Notes: a model not told the origin generated them from the letters alone. DNA of 32,000 nucleotides from Candidatus Baldrarchaeota archaeon (GCA_019056805.1 DXJG01000004.1:90001-122000); one strand, 5' to 3'; counted from the first letter of the stretch, positions 16,916-27,032 are shown. Numbers and translations: made by a program.

Positions 16916-17093
16916 GAAAGTTCACCTATTACCTTGCATAATTAATATGTTTTCATTTCTAAGTAAATCTTTCGACATCTACAATATATACAGAAGATTA
17001 TATTTCAGAGAATCTATAAATAAAGGAACTAGTTTAAACCTAAACATTACAACAATCACGCAAAGAAGTTAAAAATATATAACAAGTTAAAAT

Positions 17094-17864
17094 TTGAGGC
17101 AGGTGAATTCTTTGGATATCACAATAATATTCTTCATTGTTTTAGCAACTGGTACAATAACGTTTGCTCTTTGGAATTTTCCATGGCTAACAAAGTATTA
17201 CACACTTGAAATAACCAGCTTTGAGTTAAAAGAAGACAGCAAGGTTCTTATAGTATCCGATTTACATATACAACCTTCTAATATCGCATTTAAACCTCTA
17301 AAAAAGATAATTGAATCAAAAAATATTAAATATCTGATTATTGCGGGTGATTTTATCGAATATAAACACAAAAAAATAGAAAAAGAAAACCTTTCAAAAA
17401 TATTAGCTAAAATCTTAAGGAAACTAGAGATACACGAAAAATTAACGATTTTTTATGTACCTAGCAATACTTCACATGACCCTAAAATATCAGAAAACAC
17501 AGTTTTAGAATTAAATTCAACCAAGATTTATATCTTAAATGATGTTTTAAAGCTCGTTTTAAGGAACTTTACTCTATATGTTACTCATGGAGATTACGCC
17601 AGCAGAGATGGCGCCATAGCAGCAACAATAAATAGAATATTAAAACTATTTGGTAAGAAATTATTTCTAGAAAATCTATTAAAGAAAATTCTTAAGCTAG
17701 AGCAAGATTCTTGGCTAATAATGGGGCATACCCATTTACCAGGTATAGACGGTCAAAAGAAGGTAGCAAACTGTGGAGCTTGGGGTAGACATTTCTTAAG
17801 AAAAGAGTCAAACACAGCAATCCTAATAGAAAACGGAAATATAAAACTCGTAAGAGTAGAGTAA
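17094..17864 (+). CDS. Membrane-anchored calcineurin-like metallophosphoesterase (LpxH-like)
   Basis: N-terminal TM; IVSDLH, IIAGDF, SNTSHD, THGD, MGHTH, NCGAW. Likely start TTG 17112 after GGTGA. Confidence 0.82.
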   Translation: MRQVNSLDITIIFFIVLATGTITFALWNFPWLTKYYTLEITSFELKEDSKVLIVSDLHIQPSNIAFKPLKKIIESKNIKYLIIAGDFIEYKHKKIEKENLSKILAKILRKLEIHEKLTIFYVPSNTSHDPKISENTVLELNSTKIYILNDVLKLVLRNFTLYVTHGDYASRDGAIAATINRILKLFGKKLFLENLLKKILKLEQDSWLIMGHTHLPGIDGQKKVANCGAWGRHFLRKESNTAILIENGNIKLVRVE

Positions 17865-17913
17865 AATATACATTGTTTGCAGTTTGCATATGATAGGTAA
17901 ATAAATTTCTTTC

Positions 17914-17993
17914 GCCTTAACTTCTTTTTAAGTTGAAATCTGAAATGCTAAGAAAATTATAAAAATAGTATTTGAGTCTCTTCAAGTTAAGGC
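17914..17993. repeat. 10-bp perfect inverted repeat (GCCTTAACTT / AAGTTAAGGC) upstream of the MFS gene
   Basis: Arms at 17914-17923 and 17984-17993 with a 60-nt spacer. Confidence 0.55.
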
Positions 17994-18060
17994 CGTGACG
18001 AAGACAAAATTTTTAAGAAAACCCTAGTTACTAAAGTTACCTTCGCTGAGAGTGATTACA

Positions 18061-19296
18061 ATGACCAGTGAACAATATAACAACGTGGATCTCAATTCAA
18101 GCATGAAGATATCCAGAGATGCAAAAATTCTCATTCTCTCTAATGCGATTGGATCTCTTCCATGGGGATATTTCAGCGTTCTACAAGCAATATACTTAGA
18201 TATAATTGGAATAGAACCCACATTAATCGGAATGTTAATGACTTTCTCTGGGTTAACCTCCGCACTTTTAGCTATCCCCTTTGGAATACTTTCAGACAGG
18301 TATGGAAGAAAACCTTTCCTCATAACCAGTGGTTTCTTATACGCCTTTTCCATGTTAATCTACGTAATAACAATCAAATACGTTTATTTAGCGGTTGCAA
18401 GCGTTATAGGAGGACTTGCAGGAGCCATGTTTTTCCCTCCATGGCAAGCGATTCTTGCAGATAAAAGCACGCATCAAAACAGAGAAAAAGTTTTCAGTTA
18501 CTCAGCCTTTGCATCTTCCACTGCAATAACTATTGGATCCCTTCTAAGCGTAATACCAGACTATCTTCAAATAAAACTAGGAATTGGAGAAATAGCATCA
18601 TATAAACCCATGTTTCTATTAGCTTCTATTCTTGCAATAATTTCAACACTTTTACTTTTCTCTGTTAGTGAAATAGTGAAGAAAAGAATGTTCAGGGAAA
18701 TTTTTCCTAGAAAATCTGCTAAAATAATAGCTAAATTTTGCTTAACTGGCGCATTAATAGGATTTGGTGCCGGATTTATTATTCCACTCTTCTCACTCTG
18801 GTTTTACTTAAAATTTGGTCTAGGAGGAATTATTTTAGGACCTCTCTTCGCTATTTCAAATGCAGTTATGGCTATTGCATTTCTTGCAGCCCCTAAACTC
18901 GCAAAAATAATTGGAACGGTTAACACCATAATATTAACACAAGCGATGGCCACGGTTCTTCTTGCAATCATACCATTGGTGCCAGATTTTAGAATAGTCT
19001 CCGTTCTTTACGTAGTGAGAAACTTTTTAATGAATATGTCACATCCAATTCAATCTGCTTTCATGATGAGTCTTGTAGAACCTGAAGAGAGAGCATCAGC
19101 ATCAAGTATAACAGGAACTGCATGGAGCATACCTAATTCGATAAGTCCAAGTATAGGAGGTTACATAATGGAGCACTTATCCTTATCGCTGCCTTTCCAT
19201 ATCTGTGCTGCTCACTATACAGCTTCAATTATATTTTTCTATCTCTTCTTCCATAAAGTTAAACCATCTGAAGGCAGAGACATCAAAATTTCATAA
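18061..19296 (+). CDS. MFS transporter
   Basis: About 12 TM; motif A GILSDRYGRKP; second-half repeat APKLAKIIG. ATG 18061 chosen; GTG 18052 is possible. Confidence 0.92.
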   Translation: MTSEQYNNVDLNSSMKISRDAKILILSNAIGSLPWGYFSVLQAIYLDIIGIEPTLIGMLMTFSGLTSALLAIPFGILSDRYGRKPFLITSGFLYAFSMLIYVITIKYVYLAVASVIGGLAGAMFFPPWQAILADKSTHQNREKVFSYSAFASSTAITIGSLLSVIPDYLQIKLGIGEIASYKPMFLLASILAIISTLLLFSVSEIVKKRMFREIFPRKSAKIIAKFCLTGALIGFGAGFIIPLFSLWFYLKFGLGGIILGPLFAISNAVMAIAFLAAPKLAKIIGTVNTIILTQAMATVLLAIIPLVPDFRIVSVLYVVRNFLMNMSHPIQSAFMMSLVEPEERASASSITGTAWSIPNSISPSIGGYIMEHLSLSLPFHICAAHYTASIIFFYLFFHKVKPSEGRDIKIS

Positions 19297-19306
19297 GTGC
19301 CGTAGC

Positions 19307-20167
19307 TTATCTGTTAATACTTAATTTCAACCTATACTCATTTTCTCTACAGTGTTCCTTTTGATTAATGATTTTGAAACCAAATTTTTCATAAAAGGGA
19401 ATATTTTCAGCTTTAGAACAAGTATATATTTCTTTAATTCCCTTTTTCATATAACTTTTAATCAATTTCCATACTAAACTAGTACCTATACCCCTTTTTC
19501 TGTACTTAGATTTTACAAGAAGAAATTCTAATTCACCAACCTTATTATGAAGGTGTCCAAATATTGCGCCAACAATATTATTAGATTCTATTGCTACAAA
19601 GCAGAATTCCGGAGTACTTTCAAAAATCTCTTTCATTTCTCTTAGATCTTCCTTCTCAAACCCCTCTTTTGCAAACATATCAATAACTTCATCCACATCT
19701 TCCTTTCTCATCGATCTAATTTTTACTTCAAGAGGTTTGACTCCAAAGAATTCATAAGCAACCTTTTCCAGTCTTTCTACATAATCTTTTTTTAAACCAA
19801 TAAATATTCCATCATATTTCTTACCAACCCAGCTCCTCGTGGATTCTCCAGGCTCTAAAACTCTGTTTAATAGAGGACATATTATTTTTAATGAAGAGGT
19901 AAAAACTCTAATCTTTCCTATTTCTATCTCTCTTGGATCTCTTAACCGTATTTCAATTCCATTTCTTATTCCTTCAATCCTAAGAAAGTTTCCTCTACCC
20001 CTATAAATTATTTTACCTAACCCAATTTTCTCTACATCTAAATGTGTAACTTTAGCTCTAGCATAACCCTTCAAATGAATATAAACAGCAGCATCAATCT
20101 CCATTTCCTTAGGCATCAAATATACACAAGCGTCCAACTTTAATTTCCCATAAACTTCTCTTGCCAA
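19307..20167 (-). CDS. Fusion: uncharacterised archaeal N-terminal domain plus C-terminal GNAT acetyltransferase
   Basis: From about residue 147: IRSMRKEDVDEV...FVAIESNNIVGAI...LLVKSKYRKRGIGTSL...NIPFYEKFGF (GNAT motifs A/B). Residues 1-145 are unrelated to GNAT. Confidence 0.82.
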   Translation of the reverse strand: MAREVYGKLKLDACVYLMPKEMEIDAAVYIHLKGYARAKVTHLDVEKIGLGKIIYRGRGNFLRIEGIRNGIEIRLRDPREIEIGKIRVFTSSLKIICPLLNRVLEPGESTRSWVGKKYDGIFIGLKKDYVERLEKVAYEFFGVKPLEVKIRSMRKEDVDEVIDMFAKEGFEKEDLREMKEIFESTPEFCFVAIESNNIVGAIFGHLHNKVGELEFLLVKSKYRKRGIGTSLVWKLIKSYMKKGIKEIYTCSKAENIPFYEKFGFKIINQKEHCRENEYRLKLSINR

Positions 20168-20294
20168 CTCATTTACCTCTCTCTAAGAAATATAGATGAA
20201 CTTAAAATAAGAATTATTTTAAATTTTTCACCTTTCCCTTCTCTAGGTATTAAACAGCGAATAGAACAAATTTAACAGTATTAGTCAAAATTGC

Positions 20295-20311
20295 ACGATG
20301 ATTATCATCGT
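20295..20311. promoter_or_regulatory. Perfect 8-1-8 palindrome ACGATGAT-T-ATCATCGT, likely transcription-factor operator
   Basis: Lies near the midpoint between the divergent GNAT-fusion and HD genes. Confidence 0.5.
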
Positions 20312-20463
20312 AGATAACTGCAAGTAACTGGAGGTGATTAATACAGCTAGTGTGTAAAGTCGACTCAAATGAAAAATATAAAAGTAAAAAATATTATTTC
20401 TACAAACAATAATTAATTGATCTATACGAGTTTGATTTAGAATATTCCGGGCTGTGAGAGGGG

Positions 20464-21642
20464 TTGTCCTTCGCAGTTTATACCCCTATATATGGGAAAA
20501 TTAAGTTTAACGAAATATCCAAAGAGCTACTTTCAACATACGAATTACGTCGCATAGATCGAATTTGCATTGGAGCGCCTTTCTTCTCTTATCCGTTCAA
20601 GGCAGGATATTCGAGACTTGAGCATTCAATAGGTGTTGCCTATTTAGCTCAAAGACTCTGCGAACAACTAGATATAGAAGCTGTAGATTTAGCCGTTACA
20701 GCTGGACTATTACATGACGTTGGTTTAAGTCCTTTTTCTCATACCACGGAAGATTACATGGTTAAATTTTATAGTAAAAATCATAAAGCGATGGGAGGAG
20801 CAATAATAAAAGGAGAAATTACCATATCACCGAATATTGGAAATACCATTCCAGAAATATTGGAAAAACATGGATACGATCCCAAAGAAGTTGCAGCTAT
20901 AGCTGTCGGTGATTCGAACAGGGCTCCATTATACTTAAGAGATATGTTTAATCAACCTCTTGATTTGGATGTTCTTGATTCAATTACTCATTATAGTGAT
21001 TGTGGCTTTGTCAATGTCAAAGTACATCCGGTTAAAATGCTTAAAATGTATACAATATATGAAGATAGGCTTATTTTTGATGGTAAATATATTAATGATA
21101 TTTGGAGAATAACTAGGGTTAGAAGATGTTTCTACTTTGATTTTACAATTAAAGAAAAAGCCCAAATGAATTCCATGGAATCTATGTTACAAAAAGCAAT
21201 AGAACGTGCCTTATACAAAGATTTTCTAGATGAAAACTTCGTTTTTATGGACGATTACGAACTGCTACACGTATTAAAACAATTCAGCTATTGTAAAGAT
21301 ATCATTCGAAATTTCATCGACGGCAAAATGCTTCCCACAATTTTAATGAAAAGAGTAACCAAAAAACAATTACAAGAAATAAATAAGAATAAAAATGCTA
21401 TTGAAAGTGAAATCGCTGAAAAACTAGGGTTAGAAGAAAAATATATCATAGTTTCAACACAAATGCACGGATTGTCAAACATTAAATACCCGGTTCTAAC
21501 AAAAGAAGGTCTAAAACCACTTTATAAATTGTTAGATATAGCAAGGGCAAAAATACCAAAATATTACCTTTTCATCCACTGCAAAAAACAAGATGACACA
21601 AACAAAGAAATAATACAAAAAATCTTGGCAAAATACATATAA
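20464..21642 (+). CDS. HD-domain phosphohydrolase (SAMHD1/YdhJ-like), divergent
   Basis: SRLEHSIGV, GLLHDVG, PFSHTTE, LDLDVLD. Confidence 0.82.
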   Translation: MSFAVYTPIYGKIKFNEISKELLSTYELRRIDRICIGAPFFSYPFKAGYSRLEHSIGVAYLAQRLCEQLDIEAVDLAVTAGLLHDVGLSPFSHTTEDYMVKFYSKNHKAMGGAIIKGEITISPNIGNTIPEILEKHGYDPKEVAAIAVGDSNRAPLYLRDMFNQPLDLDVLDSITHYSDCGFVNVKVHPVKMLKMYTIYEDRLIFDGKYINDIWRITRVRRCFYFDFTIKEKAQMNSMESMLQKAIERALYKDFLDENFVFMDDYELLHVLKQFSYCKDIIRNFIDGKMLPTILMKRVTKKQLQEINKNKNAIESEIAEKLGLEEKYIIVSTQMHGLSNIKYPVLTKEGLKPLYKLLDIARAKIPKYYLFIHCKKQDDTNKEIIQKILAKYI

Positions 21643-21691
21643 TTTAAGCTCCTAACGAGTTTGCAAATAAATTTTAGCAAGTTTTCCGAAT

Positions 21692-22954
21692 TTATTTTGT
21701 CTTGCTCTGATGAATCGAGGAAACAACTACATCTAATATTTTGACAGCTACATCTCTCTTAGATGATAAAGGAACGTGAACAACATTTTTCTGAGGATCA
21801 ACAATATAAACCTCGTTTGTATCGCTTTCAAAGCCCCTTCCAGCTTTTCCAACATCATTAGCTACTATCAAATTCAAACCAGCTTCCTTCAACTTTTGAT
21901 AACTCTTCTCTATTAACTCTTCCTTAGATATTTTGTATTCAGCTTTAAACCCAACAATAAAAACGTCAGGATCTGCTTGTCTAGCTGCACAAACAACCTT
22001 CGGCAAACTTCTCAACTTAATGGTCCATTCCTTCAAACCAGATGGGGTTTTCTGATCAACAACCCTCTCTGGACCATAATCAAGCACAGCTGCAGTAGAA
22101 ATAAAAATGTCATATTTAGTGGATTTAAGTTCATTTACTACAGCTGAAAGCATTTCCTCCGTAGTCTCCACATTAATAAGTTTGACATTTAAAGGAGGCT
22201 TAGCTGTCCCTCTCCCATATATAAGTGTTACTTCAGCGCCTCGAGCCAAAGCTTCCTCAGCTATTGCAATACCCATTTTACCTGAACTTGGATTCGAAAT
22301 AAATCTGATAGCATCAATATATTCTCTCGTAGGCCCAGCGGTCACCAAAACCTTGAGACCCTTCATATCCTTAGGCCTCGTTAAAATACCAATAACCCTA
22401 TTAACAATGTCCTCAACATCCGCCATCTTAGCCTTCCCTTCCTCAATTCTAGGACCAATAAACCACACACCTAAATTCTTCAATTTCTCAACATTTTCCC
22501 TTATAACCTGATGCTTATACATAGATTCATGCATCGCCGGAACAATCACAATCGGAATGCCACTACCCATAGCTGTACTAACAACCGTTGTAACTGGAGT
22601 ATCATCAATACCACAAGCAATTTTACTAATAGTATTAGCTGTAGCAGGGGCAACGAGAATTAAATCAGCCTTATCAGGATGATCACCAGCCAAAGAAACA
22701 TGTTCTACCTTACCAGTTAACTCGGTTACAACAGGATTACCAGTAGCGTATTCCATTAAAAAGGGATGAATAATTTTTTGAGCATTAAAAGACATAACAG
22801 TAAAAACCTCAGCACCATGCCTCATAAGCTCCCTAGCAATCCTAGGACACTCAAAAGCCGCAACACTACCAGTAACACATAAAACAATCCTCTTACCATC
22901 TAAAACATGACTCTTACTACCAATGATATCCTTTGAGGTATGCTTACCAAGCAA
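21692..22954 (-). CDS. coaBC: Bifunctional phosphopantothenoylcysteine decarboxylase/synthetase
   Basis: CVTGSVAAF, LVAPATANTISKIACG, PAMHESM, VTAGPTREYIDAIRFISNPSSGKMG, AAVLDY, VGFKAE, IVANDV. Confidence 0.96.
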   Translation of the reverse strand: MLGKHTSKDIIGSKSHVLDGKRIVLCVTGSVAAFECPRIARELMRHGAEVFTVMSFNAQKIIHPFLMEYATGNPVVTELTGKVEHVSLAGDHPDKADLILVAPATANTISKIACGIDDTPVTTVVSTAMGSGIPIVIVPAMHESMYKHQVIRENVEKLKNLGVWFIGPRIEEGKAKMADVEDIVNRVIGILTRPKDMKGLKVLVTAGPTREYIDAIRFISNPSSGKMGIAIAEEALARGAEVTLIYGRGTAKPPLNVKLINVETTEEMLSAVVNELKSTKYDIFISTAAVLDYGPERVVDQKTPSGLKEWTIKLRSLPKVVCAARQADPDVFIVGFKAEYKISKEELIEKSYQKLKEAGLNLIVANDVGKAGRGFESDTNEVYIVDPQKNVVHVPLSSKRDVAVKILDVVVSSIHQSKTK

Positions 22955-23170
22955 TTACAAGCCTCCCGGCAAACTATAAAGAAAACATCATTTATCTCAA
23001 TTTTGTATTTATTCTATATAGTCTATGAACAAATATATAGTATCTTTGAATCTGGTAGAGAAAGAAATGGTAGTTGAAGAACAATTCTTGAAATATTCAC
23101 TGTTCCAGCGAAGGTTAATTTCAATTATCTTTTATTGAAAGTCTTTTAGATTCCTGCATTTGTTTGGTAC

Positions 23171-24001
23171 TTAAGTTTTTCTTTTTCTTTTTAGTATCAG
23201 TATGAGTATTGAAACGGTTGATACTATTACAAAGGTAGCAACTAAGACTTCTAGTAAGGGAACTGCGTCTCTAGATTCTTCTCTAAAATCAAATAACACT
23301 ATTATTTCTTCTGTTGAAGGTTCTCCAACAAAAATCCACGTATATTTGAAATACATATCTTCATTGTACTGTATTGTTTCCGTTCGGTTTGGTGTAGGGT
23401 CTATTTCGCTAGGTTCAAAATTAAGAGAAGTTACGGATACAGTCTCATATAAATCAGAAGTATTCCAATGCTTTGCTGTCGCTAACAAGTATCTTATAGT
23501 ATAGAAGCCCTTACGAAACTTCACCGTTTCCGCTATTTTCAAGTTTACTAAATAAGGTATGTTTGCTGTCAACGTTAAGTTAAAAATTATTAAACCGTAA
23601 CCAAGTAAAATCTCATCAAATTCAGGGTCGCTGGACCATGGATCACGTATATACGAGAAATTGACTCTATAACTATTCACGTACACTTCCATACTTGCGT
23701 TTTCATCATAATAATAACTTACCGGAATACCTAAGAGTAAACTTTGATTATTTGTACTGAAAAGTATATATGAAGCAGTAAATGTCAAATTTACATCATC
23801 GCTGTCAAAGAGTACTTTATAGTCTACATGTGCGCTTAGAAAAGAAACATTCGAAGCAGTCATAGGCAGAATTAAACCTCCATATAGAGGAGTTACAGGT
23901 ATCGGATTAGAAACAACTTCAATTTCCACGGTAGCAACTAAAGAAAAAAACAAAAGCAAAATTATCAACGATTGTATCTTAAGACATGGCATACCTAACA
24001 A
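23171..24001 (-). CDS. Secreted, C-terminally anchored surface glycoprotein (hypothetical)
   Basis: Signal-like LIILLLFFSLVA; 8 N-x-S/T sequons; C-terminal TM followed by KRKRKT. Confidence 0.75.
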   Translation of the reverse strand: MLGMPCLKIQSLIILLLFFSLVATVEIEVVSNPIPVTPLYGGLILPMTASNVSFLSAHVDYKVLFDSDDVNLTFTASYILFSTNNQSLLLGIPVSYYYDENASMEVYVNSYRVNFSYIRDPWSSDPEFDEILLGYGLIIFNLTLTANIPYLVNLKIAETVKFRKGFYTIRYLLATAKHWNTSDLYETVSVTSLNFEPSEIDPTPNRTETIQYNEDMYFKYTWIFVGEPSTEEIIVLFDFREESRDAVPLLEVLVATFVIVSTVSILILILKRKRKT

Positions 24002-24265
24002 ACCTACCTATCAACTTCATTTATCTAATAAATCTAGAGAATCTAACAGAATATAAATTAAGCTTTAATGGCAATTTTGCTAGGAATACGCTTTCTAAGC
24101 AAAAACACATAAAATGGTTGACAATACATTTCTCTTAGTGTTAATTAATTCTTAAATGGGTATCACATATAACTCCTGTTTAGTTTCTTTAGAAAAATTC
24201 ATTAAATAAAGAATAAATGAAACACTAGCAAATTACTGTGAAACCCGATCATAGAGGTCAAAAAA

Positions 24266-25183
24266 TTGATGGTAGCCAAAGCCTATTGTCCAGGACATAT
24301 AACAGGATTCTTTGAAATATGTGATCAACCGAAAGATATCTTAAGGAAAGGGTCTAGAGGTGCAGGAGTATCTATTGAAAAAGGAGTTGTTACAACGGTT
24401 TCTCTAAAACCAGCTGAACAACTTATGATCAAAGTTTACGTTAATGGAGTGGAAAGCGAAGCCCCCGTTACAAAAAACGTAGTAGAACAAATACTAAGAA
24501 TAATAAACGAAAAATTCATAGTGACAGTTACTCACGAAATAGAGATACCCATCGGTGCTGGTGTGGGAGCAAGTGGAGCTGGTGCATTCAGTACTGCTCT
24601 AGCTCTTAATAAGGCTTTAAACTTGGGATTAACATATGATAGGGTGGCGCAAATAGCTCATATAGCGGAGGTAGTTAATAAAACAGGTCTTGGAACAGTG
24701 TTAGCACAGTCAAGAGGCGGGGTAGAAATTAGAATTAAACCTGGTGCACCAGGCATCGGATACGTAGATTTAATCCCAGTAGATCCCGATATGGTTGTTG
24801 TATGCGGATCTCTTGGACCAATAGAAACAAAGAAAATGCTTTCCAATCCAGAGATTCGAGAGAAAATAAATAGAATCGGTGGAAGAATGGTGAATGAACT
24901 TTTAAAAAACGCTTCAATTGAAAAATTAATGGAACTGTCTAGACGTTTTGCTATGGAAATAGGGTTAATGCCTGAAGGAATAAAGAAAATTATAAAGAAA
25001 CTTGAAGAGAAAGGTTTTGCTCATGCTAGTATGGCAATGTTTGGCGAAACAGTATTTTGCTTCGCAAAACGTGAAGATAGTAATCAAGCTTTAAATGTCA
25101 TCAAAAAATATTTTGGCAAAGGAGTTGTTTTCATTTCTGATATTAATTTCACTGGTGCTAGAATCCTGGGAGGTAGTATTTAA
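24266..25183 (+). CDS. pok: Pantoate kinase (archaeal PoK, GHMP family)
   Basis: [32 protein letters not shown]...[12 protein letters not shown]. Stop overlaps the pps start (TAATG). Confidence 0.92.
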   Translation: MMVAKAYCPGHITGFFEICDQPKDILRKGSRGAGVSIEKGVVTTVSLKPAEQLMIKVYVNGVESEAPVTKNVVEQILRIINEKFIVTVTHEIEIPIGAGVGASGAGAFSTALALNKALNLGLTYDRVAQIAHIAEVVNKTGLGTVLAQSRGGVEIRIKPGAPGIGYVDLIPVDPDMVVVCGSLGPIETKKMLSNPEIREKINRIGGRMVNELLKNASIEKLMELSRRFAMEIGLMPEGIKKIIKKLEEKGFAHASMAMFGETVFCFAKREDSNQALNVIKKYFGKGVVFISDINFTGARILGGSI

Positions 25184-25998
25184 TGTTTGAAATCCCACCT
25201 GATCACCCTAGAGCGGAGTCGCTTAAAATCAGAGAAAAACTAATAGAAGGATTTGAAAAAGGACTTGTAGCAAAGGCAGGTTTAATAGCACACGGCAGAG
25301 GCGAGGCTTTCGACTATTTGATAGGTGAAGAAACCACGAAACCGGCTATGGAGGCAGCAAAGGCAGCTGCAGCGGCAATGCTACTTGCAAAACATCCGGT
25401 AATAAGTGTTAACGGAAATGTAGCATCACTAGTACCAAAAGAGATAGTAGAACTTTCAGAGGTTACTAGAGCAAAAATAGAAGTAAATCTGTTCTATAGA
25501 ACGAGAGAAAGAGAAGAAGCAATTAAAAATGCCCTTGAAGAAGCTGGAGCAAAAGAAATATTGGGCGTAGGGGAGGCAGCAAGTGCAACAATTCCTGAAC
25601 TCTCAAGTTGGAGAAGAAAAGTGGATCCAAGAGGAATACTAATAGCGGATGTAGTCCTAGTTCCACTTGAAGACGGAGATAGAACTGAAGCCTTAAGAAA
25701 AATGAACAAAACAGTAATTGCCATAGATTTGAACCCTCTTAGTAGAACAGCTCAATGGGCAAACATAACCATAGTTGACAACGTTATAAGAGCAATTCCC
25801 AACATAACAGAACAAGCTAAAAAACTAAAAAACCTTAGCAGCGATAAACTAAAAGAAATTTTGAAAAATTTTGACAACCGTAAAAACCTAGGAAAAATGA
25901 TAGAAATAATTAAAGACAGACTCGCAAAACTGGCAAAGGAAGGAATATACATCCCAGAAGCTTCGCAAGTATATAAAGAGATGCGCAAAATCGAATAA
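25183..25998 (+). CDS. pps: 4-phosphopantoate--beta-alanine ligase (phosphopantothenate synthetase)
   Basis: [52 protein letters not shown]. Confidence 0.95.
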   Translation: MFEIPPDHPRAESLKIREKLIEGFEKGLVAKAGLIAHGRGEAFDYLIGEETTKPAMEAAKAAAAAMLLAKHPVISVNGNVASLVPKEIVELSEVTRAKIEVNLFYRTREREEAIKNALEEAGAKEILGVGEAASATIPELSSWRRKVDPRGILIADVVLVPLEDGDRTEALRKMNKTVIAIDLNPLSRTAQWANITIVDNVIRAIPNITEQAKKLKNLSSDKLKEILKNFDNRKNLGKMIEIIKDRLAKLAKEGIYIPEASQVYKEMRKIE

Positions 25999-26007
25999 GT
26001 AAAATGT

Positions 26008-26883
26008 TTACGTTTCTTTTGCTTCTTCTTTCCTACCGAGAACGTCTAAGAGTTTTTCGTATTTTTCTTTCTTCATGTGAAAGCTATGTTCTTTGGAAGG
26101 AAACTCTCCTGATTTTACCTCTTTAACATATTCTTGTACAGCTTTCAATATGATTTCGCCTAGGTTTGCGTATTTTTTTACAAATCTTGGTGTGAAACGT
26201 TCAAAAAGACCAAGCATATCATGAAACACTAGTACTTGACCATCACAATAAGGACCAGCACCTATGCCAATAGTTGGAACCGAAACCTCCTCAGTAATAA
26301 CCTTAGCTACCTCAGCAGTCATAAGTTCTAAAACTATTGAGAAAACCCCAGCTTCATCCAAAGCCTTAGCATCTTTAATAAGTTTTTTAGCAATTGCAAC
26401 ACTTTTACCCCTAACACGATATCCACCAAACATCGCAATTCTCTGAGGAGTCAAACCTGCGTGGCCCATGACGGGTATTCCTGCATCGACAAGAGCTTTA
26501 ACTACATGCTTAACTTCTTCTCCACCTTCAAGTTTTACAGCTTCAGCTCCACCTTCCTTAATTAATCTTCCAGCGTTTCTTATAGCTTCCTCGACGCTAA
26601 CATTAAAAGTCATGAAGGGCATATCAGCAACAACAAGAGCACGTTTAACAGCTCTAGAAACAGCCTTGGTATGATGAATTACATCTTCAAGGGTGACGGG
26701 AATAGTTGATTCGTAACCTAAAACAACCATGCCTAGTGAATCTCCAACAAGAACAATGTCTACACCAGCTCTATCAACCAGCAAAGCTGTAGGATAATCA
26801 TAGGCTGTAATCATAGCTATCTTCTTACCCTTCTTCTTCATACTAATTAAACCAGGAATAGTAACTTTATCAATGGAGGACAA
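26008..26883 (-). CDS. panB: 3-methyl-2-oxobutanoate hydroxymethyltransferase
   Basis: ITAYDY, LVGDSLGMV, ADMPF, VKLEG, GHAGLTPQ, IGIGAG, DGQVLV. Confidence 0.96.
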   Translation of the reverse strand: MSSIDKVTIPGLISMKKKGKKIAMITAYDYPTALLVDRAGVDIVLVGDSLGMVVLGYESTIPVTLEDVIHHTKAVSRAVKRALVVADMPFMTFNVSVEEAIRNAGRLIKEGGAEAVKLEGGEEVKHVVKALVDAGIPVMGHAGLTPQRIAMFGGYRVRGKSVAIAKKLIKDAKALDEAGVFSIVLELMTAEVAKVITEEVSVPTIGIGAGPYCDGQVLVFHDMLGLFERFTPRFVKKYANLGEIILKAVQEYVKEVKSGEFPSKEHSFHMKKEKYEKLLDVLGRKEEAKET

Positions 26884-27032
26884 ACTTAGTCATCTCACAA
26901 TTTATTAACTCCAAATTAATAGATTGATATAGTAATTATGAAAATATCCTCTATAGAATATATATTTGCTAAAATCTTTAAACATATATAGACATTTCGC
27001 AAAAATTTAAACAACTTACTCGGGGCAAAAAC

